Shown here: positions 35,267-48,955 of the stretch, one piece after another
How the letters are laid out: each line of letters begins with the position of its first letter
How positions within the stretch are numbered: the stretch's first letter is position 1
Assembly (NCBI RefSeq): GCF_009834535.1
Contig: NC_045697.1
Location: forward strand, 107,634,001 to 107,698,000
DNA from: Camelus ferus
Lineage: Eukaryota
DNA length: 64,000 nt
Reading direction: 5' to 3'
Position numbers and translations under genes: made by a program
The notes under the pieces: model-generated
Seen by the model: only the letters and a program-made list of their open reading frames with translations
Told to the model about the DNA's origin: nothing
The model's database searches: none

Positions 35267-35909
35267 GTTTAGAAGAATGAACATGAACCGATTTTAAAAA
35301 CTAGTCTATAGTTAAAGAACTAGGCTACAAAAAAGACGTACAGAAAGTATGCATCCATTAATGGAAAATTTGGAAATACAAATATAATATATTTTTATAA
35401 ATACGAATGTATGTATTAACAGTATGAAAACTATGGAATGGAAGGACACACAGCAAAATCATGAAAATGTTATTTCTGTGGGGAGAAAGGAAAAGAAATG
35501 GGCCTGGGGCTGGGTGTTCTGTCTGTAGTAGTTAAGTGTACTGTTTTATTACTTAAATGTATTTAAAAATCAAGAGCTTTTTTTTTTTTTTAAAAAACTC
35601 AATCATTGTTTTAAAATTCTGAGTAATAGGTATGTGGGTATTTATTATACTATTCTCTGTATTTTTCTATATTTAGAACATTGTTTCCAAAGTAAAACAC
35701 ACACCCATATTTAGCAAATGAAGGAATCATCTACATTAATATTTGTTTCTCATGTGCTGGTTGAAGTGTTGGTTTTAGAGTCAGAAAGACTAGAGTTCAA
35801 ATCCTGATCCCACCACTTCTGACCTCTCTAAACTACAATTTTCCTATTTATAAGGTGGAGGCGATCATGGTATGACTGTTATACAAATTGAATGAAATAA
35901 TGCATTTAT

Positions 35910-36305
35910 TGTGTTGGGCCAGGTTCCGCAAGAAGCAGGATTAAAGATGTAAGGATTATTTTTTAGATTTCCCCTGTGAGAGAAGATAGAAAGGAAACTG
36001 GGAAGGGTGGGGAGAGCCCTCAGACTACAATGCCGGGTCTGACAGGGAGTGAGGTAGAGAAGGAAGGCAGGTTGAGGGGCGCATCCTAGACCACCGTGTG
36101 GGCTACGGAAGTTTTGGCAAGGGTGCTGGTTAGTTGCCTGCCAGGGGAGTCAGGAGTCTCTAGGACCGGGGCTGCCTTTGACTCTCTACCATGGAACAGC
36201 CCAAGAGAAGCTTGGCCCAAACAGGACATCATTTCAGAGCCCAGTAGCTGAGTCCCAGATCAATGTGGTTGGAGATCTGAGAGGAGGACCTGGGCCGCCA
36301 TAATG
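35910..36305. mobile_element. Old ERVL/MaLR LTR inserted in a MIR
   Basis: TGTGTTGGGCCAGGTTCCGCAAGAAGCAG start; MIR halves at 35770-35905 and 36305-36375. Confidence 0.5.
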
Positions 36306-36439
36306 CATAGCATTCTACTGAGCACACAGTGAGCACTCAATAAATATGGTGCTATGAACAACAATACTAATATACTAATAACAATGATGCTCTGTTGAGT
36401 TTGCCATGTACTCAGAACATAAATGAGTACCTTTTCCAT

Positions 36440-37180
36440 AGTTTGTTTATCCATTCATTGGTTAATGGATATTTGGGTTGCTTCCACCTTCTGGCTATTG
36501 TGAATAATGCTGTTATGACCATGGGTGTACAAAAATCTTTTTGAGATCTTGCTTTCAATTCTTTTGGGTATATGCCCAGAAGTGGAATTGCCGGATTACA
36601 TGGTAGTTCTATTTTTAATTTTTTGAGGAACCGCTAAACTGTTTTCCACAGCAACTGCACCATTTTACATTCCCACCAACAGTGTACAAGGGTTCCAGTT
36701 TCTCCATATCCTTGCCAACACTTGTTATTTCCTGTTTTTGATTTTTTTTTTAATAATAGCTATCCTAATGAGTGTGAGGTGGTATCTCATTGTGCTTTTG
36801 ATTCTCATTTCCCTAATGATTAGTGATGTTGAGCATCTTTTCATGTGCTTGTTGGCCACCATGTGTATATCTTTTTTGAACAAATGTCTAGTGAAGTCCT
36901 TTGCCCATGTTTTAATCAGGTTATTTTTCTGTTGTTGAGTTATGGCAGCCCTCTTTATACTCTGGGTATTAACCCTTTATCAGATATATAATTTGCAAAT
37001 ATTTTCTCTCATTCTGTAGGTTGCCTTTCAGTCCATTGATTACGTCCTTTGATGCACAAAAGTTTTAAATTTTGATGTAGTCCAATTTATCTATTTTCAC
37101 ATTTGTTGCCTGTGCTTTTTGTGTCATATCCAAGAAATTATTGCCAAATCCAATGTCATGAAGACTTTCTCCTATTTTTT
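36440..37180 (-). mobile_element. L1 ORF2 3' fragment
   Basis: CATTCCCACCAACAGTGTACAAGGGTTCC; GTGAGGTGGTATCTCATTGTG. Confidence 0.9.
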
Positions 37181-37562
37181 TTACAATGTATTGTTATATG
37201 TTAATACATATGTATTACAAATATGTATATGTACATATTTACATGCACAGGTGTATCTGTAAATGTGTCTACACTTACACATACATACAGATATCTATAT
37301 AATGTATGTGTATATATATTTTTTAATTTTAATTTTTAATTTTTCTCTTATTTTTTTAAAAGAGTTTTAGGTGTTTGATAGGTTTCAAATTAAATTTTTT
37401 ATAGCCACTGAAGATTTTTGAATAAATGATGTGATGTGAAATAAGGATTTCATAACCAGTAATAACCACCAATAGGTGCCTCATACTTATCGTCAGATAC
37501 TGTGTCTAGTGTTAGTCACATCAAATGTAATCCTTTCTGTAAAAGGACCTTGATCAACTTAA

Positions 37563-37750
37563 CAGTGGTTCTCATCTATGACTGCCGTGGAATTAGGTAA
37601 TTAGGTGGAGAAGCTGTAAAAAAAAGTGATATCTGGTTCCCACCCCAGAGATCTTTATTTAATTGTTCTGGGATATAGCCTTGGCATTCACTGATAGTCT
37701 TAAAGGCTCTCCAGACGATTCTAATATGCAATGAAGGATGAGAACTACTG
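37563..37750. mobile_element. MER5B-like MITE
   Basis: CAGTGGTTCTCA...CCCACCCCAGAGAT...GATTCTAATATGCA...TGAGAACTACTG. Confidence 0.7.
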
Positions 37751-38636
37751 TGCTAGAAAGATTTCCACCATTTCAAAAGTAAGCAACAGTTCATTGTGTG
37801 ATGATCACTGTGTATTTGCTTCACTTAGTATAGTAAAAGACAGCTTGTACAGTTAAGAAAAGGGAAAAGAAGCATGTCTCCCAGTATTTCTAATTCAATG
37901 TCTTTCCTTCCCCCAAATTTAGTGATATTAGAGAGAGTCCAACTTCAAGGATTTATATATTTTTAAAAGAGCTCTTAAATGATTAATGCTAATCATTGCT
38001 AGTCTATGCTATTATCTTTATAACTGTATCATATGCCTCTCTGAAAAATAATGGCAATTATTTTATTGTAAAGGCATCATATCCTGACTCCACAAAACGT
38101 ATTCAAAAAGAAAAATACTTGCAAATGAAATATGCTAAATAACTGTAAACAAGCCTAGAATAAAAAATGGAATTCTTTAGATTGCTGAACTGAATAGCCA
38201 GGCTGCAGATAACATCCCTTACTTTTTTTCTAAAGCTACTTAGCTTTGGGTATTTCACTGTTCATCAATTATACATTCACAAATTCTGGGAAAAGAGTTA
38301 GGAACAGAAATTCATTGTCAAAGACTGTGGACACAGAAAAGCCTGAAGGGAGGTAAGGGGAAGTAGAGGATAAAGGGAGGGATAAGAAAGGTTGTGTGTT
38401 TTTATGTCCCAGAGTTAAGCCCTGATGGCTGAGATCGAGAGCAGCTTAGATCAGGAATTGTTTTTGATAACAGGACATCATACATGCCTTTCTTTAGGCT
38501 AGATCTTATAGTTTTCACTTTGCAAAATCATAGTTAAGCTGCAGGGAGCAAAATCCCATGGCTCTTTAGAATTAGAAGAATGTAAATTAGGTATGATGAA
38601 GAGTCACTCTTTAAATATTTCCCCTGTATTTTACAT

Positions 38637-38813
38637 CAGTGGGTCTCAAACCTCACTGTGCATCAGAATCACCTGGCAGGCTTGTGAAAACACAAATGGC
38701 TGGGTGCTAACCCCCAGCGTTTCTGATTGGCCAAAGTATTTCCACTTCTAACAAGTTCACAGTGATGCTGATGCTGCTATGGGAGGGGAGGATGCTCATT
38801 TTGTGAACCACTG
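38637..38813. mobile_element. MER5A
   Basis: CAGTGGGTCTCAAAC...GCATCAGAATCACCTGG...TTCTAACAAGTT...GAACCACTG. Confidence 0.8.
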
Positions 38814-39223
38814 TTTTACGCTGAGACCCACCCGGCACACGTGTCTCCAACTAGTCCTCATTCTTGAGTTTTCAGCACATATTTCAAACTGATTTTTGTA
38901 TTTGATGGAAGGACTGCTTTTTTTTTTTTTATGCTTTCCTTTGATCATTGTTTCAATCTGATAATCTGCTTTTATTTTTCAACTGAATAAAAAGTCCTGC
39001 TGAATAACTTCCAGGACTCATATACTTAGATATGAGTCTGGGTTCTAAAGTGAGTTCCTCTGATTCTTCATATGGGTACATTTGATATATAAACAATAAT
39101 CCCTTTTCTAACTACAACAGTGAATTTTATTGTCCTGTCACCTTTCCAGAATTTGGATGATCAGAGTTGTGAATCACAGGAGTGGGAATTAAGGTAGGAA
39201 ATGAGGGCTAACGGCACAGAAGG

Positions 39224-39563
39224 TGTTATGGTTTGAATGCATCCCTCCAAAATATGTTGAAACCTAATCCCCAGTGTGATGGTGTTTGAAGGTGGAGCCT
39301 TTGAGAAGTGATGACATCATAAGGGTGAAGCCCTCGTGAATAGGATTAATGCTCTTATAAAAAAGACCTGGGGGAACTCTGTCTCTTCCATCATGTGAAG
39401 ATGTAATGAGAAGTCTGCTACCCAGAAGAAGGCTCTCTCCCAACCACTCCGGCACCTCGATCTCAGAATTTCAGCCTCCAGACCTGTGAGAAATAGATTT
39501 CTGTTGTTTTTAAGCCACCCAGTCTGTGGTATTTTGTTGTAGCAGCCCAAGAGGACTAAGACA
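39224..39563 (+). mobile_element. MaLR solo LTR (MLT1A-like)
   Basis: TGTTATGGTTTGAATG...GCCACCCAGTCTGTGGTATTTTGTTGTAGCAGCCCAAGAGGACTAAGACA. Confidence 0.88.
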
Positions 39564-40473
39564 GAGGAAACCAGATTTTATGAGGATAACCTGTGGATTT
39601 CAATTATTCGTACAATTTCATTCTATGAAAAATCAAGAATTCACTGTGGGTATAATTTTATGTTGAAATTTTCTTTTTAAAAGCTCCACATAGCAGCTTA
39701 ATTGTAATCTCTCTCTGCCTACTCAGAGAAAGCTCTTGAAACTGGCTGTAGGTTTCCTAAGTATCTGAGAGTTTAATGTGTCATTTGGTTGCCTAGGACT
39801 GAGGATAAAACATCCAGTGTAAAATGTATGTAGTAAAGCATGAAGAGGATGCAATTTATGAGAAATCCGAAAGATAAATGGCAAGACTATAAGAACACCT
39901 TTTTTTAAAAAAAGGTTATTACTGATCAGTTAGAATGGGTAACTCCTGTGAAGAGAGGAAGGAAAAAAAAAAAAAACACCCTCAGATGTCATGAAAGCTT
40001 GAAGAATATGTTAACAAAAGACTGGACCAATTGATATCAGGAGGGGCTACGAGAATGGGACCTTTAAAAAATATTTGTGGATGCAGCAGTCATCTTCCCT
40101 CAGAGAGAAAGTGAGGACTGGGCTTTGTGGCTGTCACATTAAGAGCTGTGAGCACAAAACAATGAGACATTCTACAAATCACACATAAAAACCAATCTCA
40201 GCAGCTTAGCGATTTATATATACCCAGCCCGGGACATGGCGATAATAGCACATCCTAGCTGGGTATTCCTAGTCTATATGAATTCCTGCAAAGCTGTTTG
40301 TTGGTTTTTCACTTTTTTTCGGTCCACCTGGGCTATTTCTCATCCCTTGAATATAGCTCTTTAGCTCTATGTCATTGTTGACATTCTTTTTTATAGGAGA
40401 TGTTTTCCTTACCAATCTTGATTTATTAAAAATCTACAAACTCCATCAAGGTTTTAGTCAAATACTATTCTTT

Positions 40474-43400
40474 TAAAGTTTTTAAAAAATTGAGGTATAA
40501 CTGATATATAACATTGTATTAGTTTCAGGTGTACAGCATAATGATTCAATATTTGCATATATCACAAAATGATCACTATATATATATAATGTGTAGTTAA
40601 CATCCATCACTGTATGTAGTTATAAAAGTTTTTTTTTTGTGATGAGAACTTTTAAGATCTACTCTCTTAGCACTTTCAAATATGCAACACAACATTGTTA
40701 AATATCATTACCATGTTGTACATTACATCCCTCGGACTTACCAGGGGGAGTTTGTATCTTTTGACTCCTTTCACCTGTTCCTCCCACCACCAACCCTTGC
40801 CTCTGGCAACTACCAATCTGTTCTTTGTATCCATGAGCTCAGGATTTGTTTTTGTTTTATATATTCCACATATAAATGAGAATCATACAGTATTTGTCTT
40901 TCTCTGACTTATTTCACTTAGCATAATGCCTCCAAGTTACATTCATGTTGTTGCAAATAGCAAAATTTAATTTTTTATAGATGAATAATATTCCACTGTA
41001 TATATACACCACATTTTCTTTCTCCATTCGTCTGTTGATGAACATGTAATCTGCTTCCGTGTCTTGGCTATTGTAAGTTATGCTGCAGTGAACATGGAAG
41101 TGCATATATCTTTTTGAGTTATTGTTTTCATTTTCTTTGGATAGATATCTAGAAGTTGAATCACTGGATCAATGATAGTTTTATTTTTAATTTTTTGAAG
41201 ACACCCCGTACTGTTTTCTGTATTGGCTGAACCAATCTGCATTCCCACCAACAGTGCACAAGGGTTCCCTTTTCTCCACATCCTCTCCAACATTTGTTAT
41301 TTCTTGTCTTTTGATGGCCATTCTAACACGTGTAACGTGATAACTCATTATGCTTTTGATTTGTATTTCTCTGATAATTAGTCATGTTGAGCACCTTTTC
41401 ATGTACCTATTGGCCATGTATAGGTCTTCTTTGGAAAAATGTCTATTCACGTCCTTTGTTCATTTTTTAATTGGGTTGTTTCTTTTTATGCTATTGAGTT
41501 GTATGAGTTCTTTATATATTTTGGATATTAACCCTTTATCAGATTTGCAACTATGTTCTCCCATTCAGTAGTTTGCCTTTTCATTTTGTTGATGGTGTCC
41601 TTTTCTGAGCAGAAGCTTTTTAGTTTGAGGTAGTCCCACTTGTTTACTTTCGCTTTTGTAGCCTTTGATTTTGGTGTCAGATCTACAAAGTCATTGCCAA
41701 GACTGCTGCCAAGGAGCTTACAGTCTATGTTTTCTTCTAGGAGTTTTATGGTTTCAGGTCTTACATTCAAGTCTTTGATCCATTTTTATTTGATTCATTT
41801 TCATGTATGGTGTAAGATAATGATGTGGTTTCATTGTTTTTTATGTGACTGTCCAGTTTTCCCAACACCATTTATTGAAAAGACTGTCCTTTACTCATTG
41901 TATATTCTTAGCTCCTTTGTCATAAATTAATTGAAGATATTTGTGTGTTTTTTTCCTCTGGGCTGTCTGTTCCATTGGTCTATGTGTGTGTTTTTGTGCT
42001 AATACCATACTGTTTTGATTATTATAGCTTTATAATATATTTTGAAATCAGGACGTGTGATGCCTCCAGCTTTGTTGTTCTTCCTCAAGATTGCTGTGGC
42101 TATTCAGTTTCTTTTGTGGTTTCATTTGAATTTTAGGATTATTTGTTCTATTTCTCTGAAAGATGCCATTGGAATTTTGACAGGGATTGCATTGAGTTTG
42201 TAGACTGCTTTGGTAGTGTGGACATTTTAATGATATTTACTCTTTCAATCCATGAGCACAGAGTTTCTTTCCATTTGTATCTTCTTCAGTTTCTTTCATC
42301 AACGTCTTATAGTTTTCAGTGTACAGGTGTTTCATCTCCTTAGTTGTATTTATCCCTAGATATTTTATTCTTTTTAATGCAATTGTAAATGGAATTGTTT
42401 TCCTAATTTCTCTCTCTGACAGTTCATCATTAGTATATAGAAATGCAACAGTTTTTTTTTTTTTTGTATATTGGCTTATATCCTACATCTTTATTAAATT
42501 TATTTATTAATTCTAATAGTCTTTTGGTGGAGTTGTTAGGATTTTTTTACACATAATATCATGTCATTGCAGGTAGTGACAGTTTCACTTCTTCCTTTCC
42601 AGTTTGTATCCTGGTCCCAGAAAATGTCTTGATGTGTTGCCTCCTCTTCTACTTTTTGGGAAGAGTTTGAGAAGGATTGGTACTAATTCTTCCTTAAATG
42701 TTTGGTAGAATTCACCAGTGAAGCTGTCTGGTCCTGGACTTTTCTCTGTTGGGAGGTTTTTGACTTCTGATTCAATCTCCTTACTAGTAATCTGTTCAGA
42801 TTTTCTATTTCATCATGATTCAGTCTTAGTAGGTTATATATTTCTAGTAATTTATCATTTCTTCTAGGTGGTCCAATTTGTTGACATGTAATTGTTCATA
42901 AGAGTCTTATGATGGTTTAAATTTTTCTGGTGTCAGTTGTAATGTCTCCTTTTTCATTTCTGATATTATTTGAGTCCTCTCTTTTTCTCTTGTTAAGTAA
43001 AGGTTTGTAAATTTTGTTTATTTTTTCAAAGAATTAGCTCTGAGTTTCATTGATATTTTCTATTGTGGGGGCTTTTTTTTTTTTTTTTGTCTCTATTTCA
43101 TTTATATCCACTCTGATTTTTGTTATTTCCTTCCTTCTACTAACTTTAAATTTCATTTGTTCTTCTTTATCTTGTTCCTTGAGATGTAAAGTTAGGTTGT
43201 TTGCAATTTTTCTTATTTCTTCTTTAAGCATTTATTGCTATGAGCTTCTTCTTAGAACTACTTTCCTGCATGCTATAAATTTTGGTATATTTCCATTTTC
43301 ATTTGTCTTAACATATTTTTTCATTTCTCTTTTGATTTCCTTGTTGACCCATTGGTCGTTCAGTAGCATGTTGCTTAATCTCCACTTATTTGTGAATTTT

Positions 43401-45153
43401 CTAGTTTTCGTCTTACAATTGATTTCTAGTTTCATAACACTGTGGTCAGAGAAGATGCTTGATATGATTTCGGTCCTCTTAAATGTATTAAGACTTGTTT
43501 TGCGGCCTAACTTACGATCTATTCTGGAGAATGTTCTATGTCCATTTGAAAAGTATGTGTATTCTGTTGCTTTTATGTGGAATGTTTTCTATGTATCTGT
43601 TAAATTCGTCTGGCCTAACATGTTGTTTTAGGTTGACGTTTCCTTATTTATTTTCAACTGGATGATCTATCCATTGATGAAAGTGGAGTATTAAAGTCCC
43701 CTACTATTATTGTATTGCTATTTCTCCCTTTAGGTCTGTTAATACTTACTTTATATGTTTAAGTACTCTTATCTTAGGTGCATAAATATTTACAAATTGT
43801 ACATTCTCTTTTGGATTGATCTCTTTATCTTGATGTAATGCCCTTCTTTACCTCTTATTACTGTCATTGTTTTAAGGTCTATTTTGTCTGATATAAATAT
43901 AGTTACTCTGCTTTATTTTGGTTTTCATTTCCCTGGAACATCTTTTTTATCCCTTTACTTTCAGTCTATGTGTGTCCTTACATCTGAAGTGAATCTCTTA
44001 TAGATGGCATATAGATGGGTCTTGTTTTCTTTATTCATTCAGCCACTCTATGTCTTTTGATTGGGGAATTTAGTCCATTTACCTTTAAAGTAATTCTTCA
44101 TAGGTAAGTACTTACTGTGATTTTGATCATTGTTTTCTGGTTGTTTTGTAGTTCCTCTGTTTCTTTTTCTCTTACTCTCTTTTGTGACTTGATGATTTCC
44201 TATAATGATATACTCAGATTCCTTTTTCTTTATATTTTCTATATCTACTATAGGTATTTGCTTTGTGGTTGCCATGAGGTTTACAAATAACAACTTATAT
44301 TTATAACAGTTTATGTTAAGTTGATAAACAGCTTAAATTTGGATGCATTCTAAAACTCTGTATTTTTACCTTCCCCTCTGCCTATATTTATGTTTTTAAT
44401 GACACATTTTACATCTTGTTATTTCTTAAGTAATTACTGTAGTTATAGTCATTTTTACTACTTTTGTCTTTTAACTTTCGTACTAGCTTATACATGATTG
44501 ATCCACCACCCTTACAACATTAGATTTTTTCTGAATTTTACTATATATTAACCTTTATTAGTGAGATTTATACTTTAATATGTTTTCTTGTTAAATATTT
44601 AGGTGCTCTTTCATTTCAGCTTAAAGAAGTCCTTTTATCATTTCTTATAAGGCTGGCCTAGTGGTGATGAACTCCTTTTAACTTTTTCTGCCTGAAAAAC
44701 TTTAACTCTCCTTCAATTCTGAATGATAATTTGGCCAGGTAGAGTATTCTTGATTGGAAGTTTTTTCCTTTCAGCATTTTGAATATATTGTGCCACTCCT
44801 TCAGACCTACAAATTTTCTGCTGAAAAATCTGATAGTCTTATGGGGGTTCCCTTGAATGTAGTAAGTTGTATTTCCATTGCTGCTTTTAAGATTTTCTCC
44901 TTGTCTTTAACTTTTGACATTCTAACTATGATATATCTTGGTATAGGTCTCTTTGGGTTCACCTTATTTGGAACTCTGTGGGCTTCCTGGATCTGGATGT
45001 CTATTCCTTCCCCAGGTTAAGGAACTTTTTAGTCATTATTTATTCAAATAAGTTTTCTGCTCCTTTCTCTCTCTCTTCTCCTTCTGAGACCCCTATTATG
45101 TAAGTATTGGTGTGCTTGATGTTGTCCCATAAGTACATTAAGCTATCTTGATT

Positions 45154-45200
<47 letters not shown>

Positions 45201-46569
45201 TTTCTGTTCTGATTGAGTGAGTTCCACTGTCCTGTGGAACTCTTTTCTTCCTCTAGGTTGGCTGTTGAATGTATATAGTGTGGTTTTTAGTTCAGTTATT
45301 GTATTCTTCAGCTCTTTGACTTCTATTTGATACTTCCTTATATTATCAATCTCTTTTTTGTAGTTCTCACTGTGTTCATCCATTTTTCTCCTAAGTTCAG
45401 TGAGAATCTTTATGATCATTAAAAAGAAAATCTCTTTATTAGGTAAATCACATCTCCATTTCATTAAGAACTTTTCCTGAGATTATATCTGGTTCTTTTA
45501 TTTGGAATGTATTCCTCTGTTTCTTCATTTTTCTTGACTTTCTGTGTTGGTTTCTATGTTTTAGATAAAATAGCTGCTTCTTCAGTCTTGAAGGAGTGAC
45601 CTTGTGTGGGACATGAAACTTATTGTTCAACACTGCCCTTAGCTATCTAGCTCTTGGTTGTCTCTCAAACCTTTGTGATTGTTCAAGAAGCCTATTTTAG
45701 TTTTAGTGGCTCCCAGTAGTTGAAGTTGTGCCCAAGGGGAGGTTCTCAATCAATGCCTAGGTTCAGGCTGATTGGAAACCAGACTCTGAGGTTCGTTTTT
45801 AAAGTATGCAAATATATACAGTCCTGTGGGACCACATGTATATATCCTGCTGGCCACCAGAGCTAGGTGATCTAGAGGTGTCCCTTAGTGGTAGCTACAA
45901 AATTGGGGCACCAGAGGAAGGCACATTCTCCTTCCTGGGTGATACCAGTGAGCTGGAGTAGGAAGAAGAAGAGCACAAAGATGCACCTGCTTGCCTCCAT
46001 CTTTGGAAAGTAACCCAGTAGGTCCTTAGATGTGTGTTAAATTAGATGTCTGCCCCTTAGCCAATGCTTTAATAATCAAACAAGCTTCTTTCACATAAGA
46101 TCTGGACACTTCACAATTGGTTGCCTCTCTGCTGGTATATGGGGTGGGTGAGTCTGAATGAACTAGCCCATTTTTAAGAGTTGTTTCTCAGATCACTGTA
46201 GCCTGGCAGGTCTCATGGATGTGAGTCCCATTAGTTTTCAAACTAGATGTCTGGTGGGGTGGCTCATGTGTCTCAGATGCAGGTATTAAAAGTTAAAAGT
46301 ACCTGATGGGGTTCAAACCCTTAGCTCCCCAGGGAGAAGCTCTGGGTTTTGAGTTCCCTCCTGATTTCGGGTTACCACACCACCATTGGTTTTGAGCCTC
46401 TCCTACCCACTTCAGTGTGATTTTTTTCTCATTTACCTGATGTGTAGGAGTTGCTTGATAGTTATTGTTTTTCCAGAGGAAATTGTTCATATGTAGCTAT
46501 AGATTTAGTGTGTCTGAGAGAGGAGGTGAGCTTAGGATCTTCCTTTGTCACTATCCTGAACTGAAATTT
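40474..46569 (-). mobile_element. Near full-length decayed LINE-1 (5' UTR, ORF1, ORF2 with internal deletion at ~42610, 3' UTR) inserted in an L2
   Basis: ORF1-like (LTELRRKMDEHSENY) and ORF2-like (KWRLSNMLLNDQWVNKEIKRE, VRPETIKLLEENI) fragments in correct order; L1 5'-end motif at ~46520-46565; degraded TSD TCAAATAnnnnTCTTT at 40458-40473 and 46570-46585. Confidence 0.9.
45152..45203 (+). repeat. (TTTA)n microsatellite inside L1 ORF1
   Basis: Tandem TTTA read directly. Confidence 0.9.
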
Positions 46570-48289
46570 TCAAATATGGGTCTTTGAGACCTTCCCAGAT
46601 AGCACCAGCTAAAATTACTACCCTTTAAAAATGTCCTATAACTCTAATCATGTTAAACCTTGTTTATAGTGGTTAGGGCTGATAGTTTATTTTCCTTACT
46701 GGATTACAATGGTGAAGATGATACTGTACTCATTTTTATGACTCCCTCAAGGACTAATGGAATGTTTGGAATTTGGTGGGTTCCTGAACTGTGTGTAAAA
46801 TATTGAGAGGCAGCAAGGGAAGGAAGAAATAAATGTATCTATACACACACACAGTATCTTCCTTATCCTCAAAGCATATAGTTTATAAAGAAATATAGTT
46901 GCACTCATATTTCATGCATTAAACCAGAGACTTCAGGTTCTAGATAAGATGGTAAACTAAAAATGGTTGCTGGCTCTCTCTCATGTACAATTCTGGAGAT
47001 GTCAGAAAGGAGATCTCCACAATCTGGAATAAAAGGGGAAAATTTCAACCTAATGAAGGACAGTAACCAAAAATCTGCAGCAAATATCACGTTTATCAGA
47101 ATCTCTAGATGTGATATTATCTAGGCATGTGTTTGCCATACGTAAATGAAACCCAAACAGCAGTGGTATAAACACACAGGGATTGCTTTTTCCTCATAAC
47201 AGACAGGAGGTCCAAGGATGGGCAGCACAGCCATGGTGCACAGCCTCATAAAGCATCAGTGTTCTAGGTCCCTTCCACCATCCCACACACTCAGCTTTCA
47301 TTCTCAGCTTCTTAAGGTGCTTTCTGCCCCTCTAGGTAACCACCATCCAGACAGGAGGAAGGGGATGGAGAGAAGGGTAAAGGGATGAGGACCAAGCCAG
47401 CTGGGCTTTCTGAAAGCACACACAGGTTTGTTCTCCTAACATCCCATTGGCTTGGACTGTGTTACACAACCACCTTTAGTTGCAAAGGCAGCTGCATATT
47501 GTCTCTATAAACAAAATTGGTTTCTGGTAGAAAGTGAAAAATAGAGACTTGAAATTGAATTGACAACGGGTAGTTTCTACTTTGTATTTGCTTTAGGTTT
47601 GAGAAAAACACAGTGATCCACACCATGACCACTACCTTTCAAATTAGTATTTGATGGCTTGGCCATTGCAAAAAGGCAAAAAAAAAAAAAAAAAAAAGTG
47701 ACATATCACTGTCATATTTCTGCTACAAACTGCAGAAACTGTATCTAGCTGGCTTAAAAGAAAGTAACTTATTAAGCAATATTAGTTACCTTATTGAGTC
47801 TATAAAGCCCAATTTGGAGCCTACGCAACTAGGAACAACACCCAAATCCAGATCTGCTCCTCACAACTCTACCAATCTGGGTACTGGGTGTTACTGGGTA
47901 CTGGCAAAAATTTCTGCCACGAGCCAATCTGTGTCTTCTGCCTCTCTTCTGCAATGACTCCTCATAGAGCTTTATTCTTTACTTCATCAATCTCCCTTTC
48001 AAAGTCTGCATTCTAGTTGCACAGGAGTCTGGAAAAAGCAAATTTCTGTCTCTTATCATGGGAGCTGGGAACTTACCAGGAGAGAAACCTCTTTGAATAT
48101 CTAGGAAGGATGTTTAAACATGCTAGGTGGCTGGGAAGAGCGATAAATATCTGTTACAACATAGAAGGATGGGAAAGAAAGGGACAAAATTCTCATTTTC
48201 AGATGTTTATCTTTTACATAAATACCTCTTCAATTCAATCAATCTTTAGAACTAGTAAGAGAGTTCAGCCAGACAGCCAGATATGTGAT

Positions 48290-48945
48290 CAATATATAAA
48301 AATTCACTCCTCTTTAACAACAGCAACCAATTAGAAATTTTAACACAAGATATTTTAATAGCAACAAAACCCTATAACATACAGAAATTAAGCTAATAAA
48401 GAATACAAAAATACTGGAAATATTGCATGACTCTATTAAAGGATATTAAAAATACCTAAAAAAGAAGCAAAATACCATGATAATAGATAAGATGATTTAA
48501 CATTTTAAAGGTTTAATTCCTCCAAAATTAATCTGTAAATGCAGTATAATTTTTAAAAAATTCCAGAAGGATTTTGGGAGGTAGATCAATAAAATGATTC
48601 TGAAATATATTTGGTGAATATCTAAAGGCAATTTTGAAAAATAAACCAAAACAATTGAAACAGTGTCACAGGATCAAATCTTTAAGCCGAGAGGGCAGAG
48701 TAGAAAGTCATGAAACAGACCTGTATACATACATATGGGAATTTGTTATATGATAGAGAAATAAAATCAGAAGAAATGATGGATTATTTAGTAAATAGTA
48801 ATGAGAAAATTTTCTCATTGTAAGGAGGAAAATACAATCAGATCCCTATTTTATATAAAAGTAAACTCCAAATGTATTTTTTAAAAATCTAAAGGTCAAA
48901 TGTAAAATGAAAGAAGAAAATACAGGAGACTATCAGGAAACGAAA
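48290..48945 (+). mobile_element. Ancient L1ME-like ORF2 fragment
   Basis: A-rich with remnants such as CCTCCAAAATTAATCTGTAAAT and GAAACAGACC...ATATGGGAATTTG. Confidence 0.55.
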
Positions 48946-48955
48946 GAATTTCTTT

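Noticed and set aside
39015..39038. 9-bp perfect hairpin GACTCATAT/ATATGAGTC
   Set aside because: Stems of this length are expected by chance in 64 kb.
43050..43631. 193-aa hydrophobic ORF and similar plus-strand ORFs at 6192, 31254, 31480 and 41640
   Set aside because: Antisense frames of A-rich L1 ORF2, a well-known artefact.
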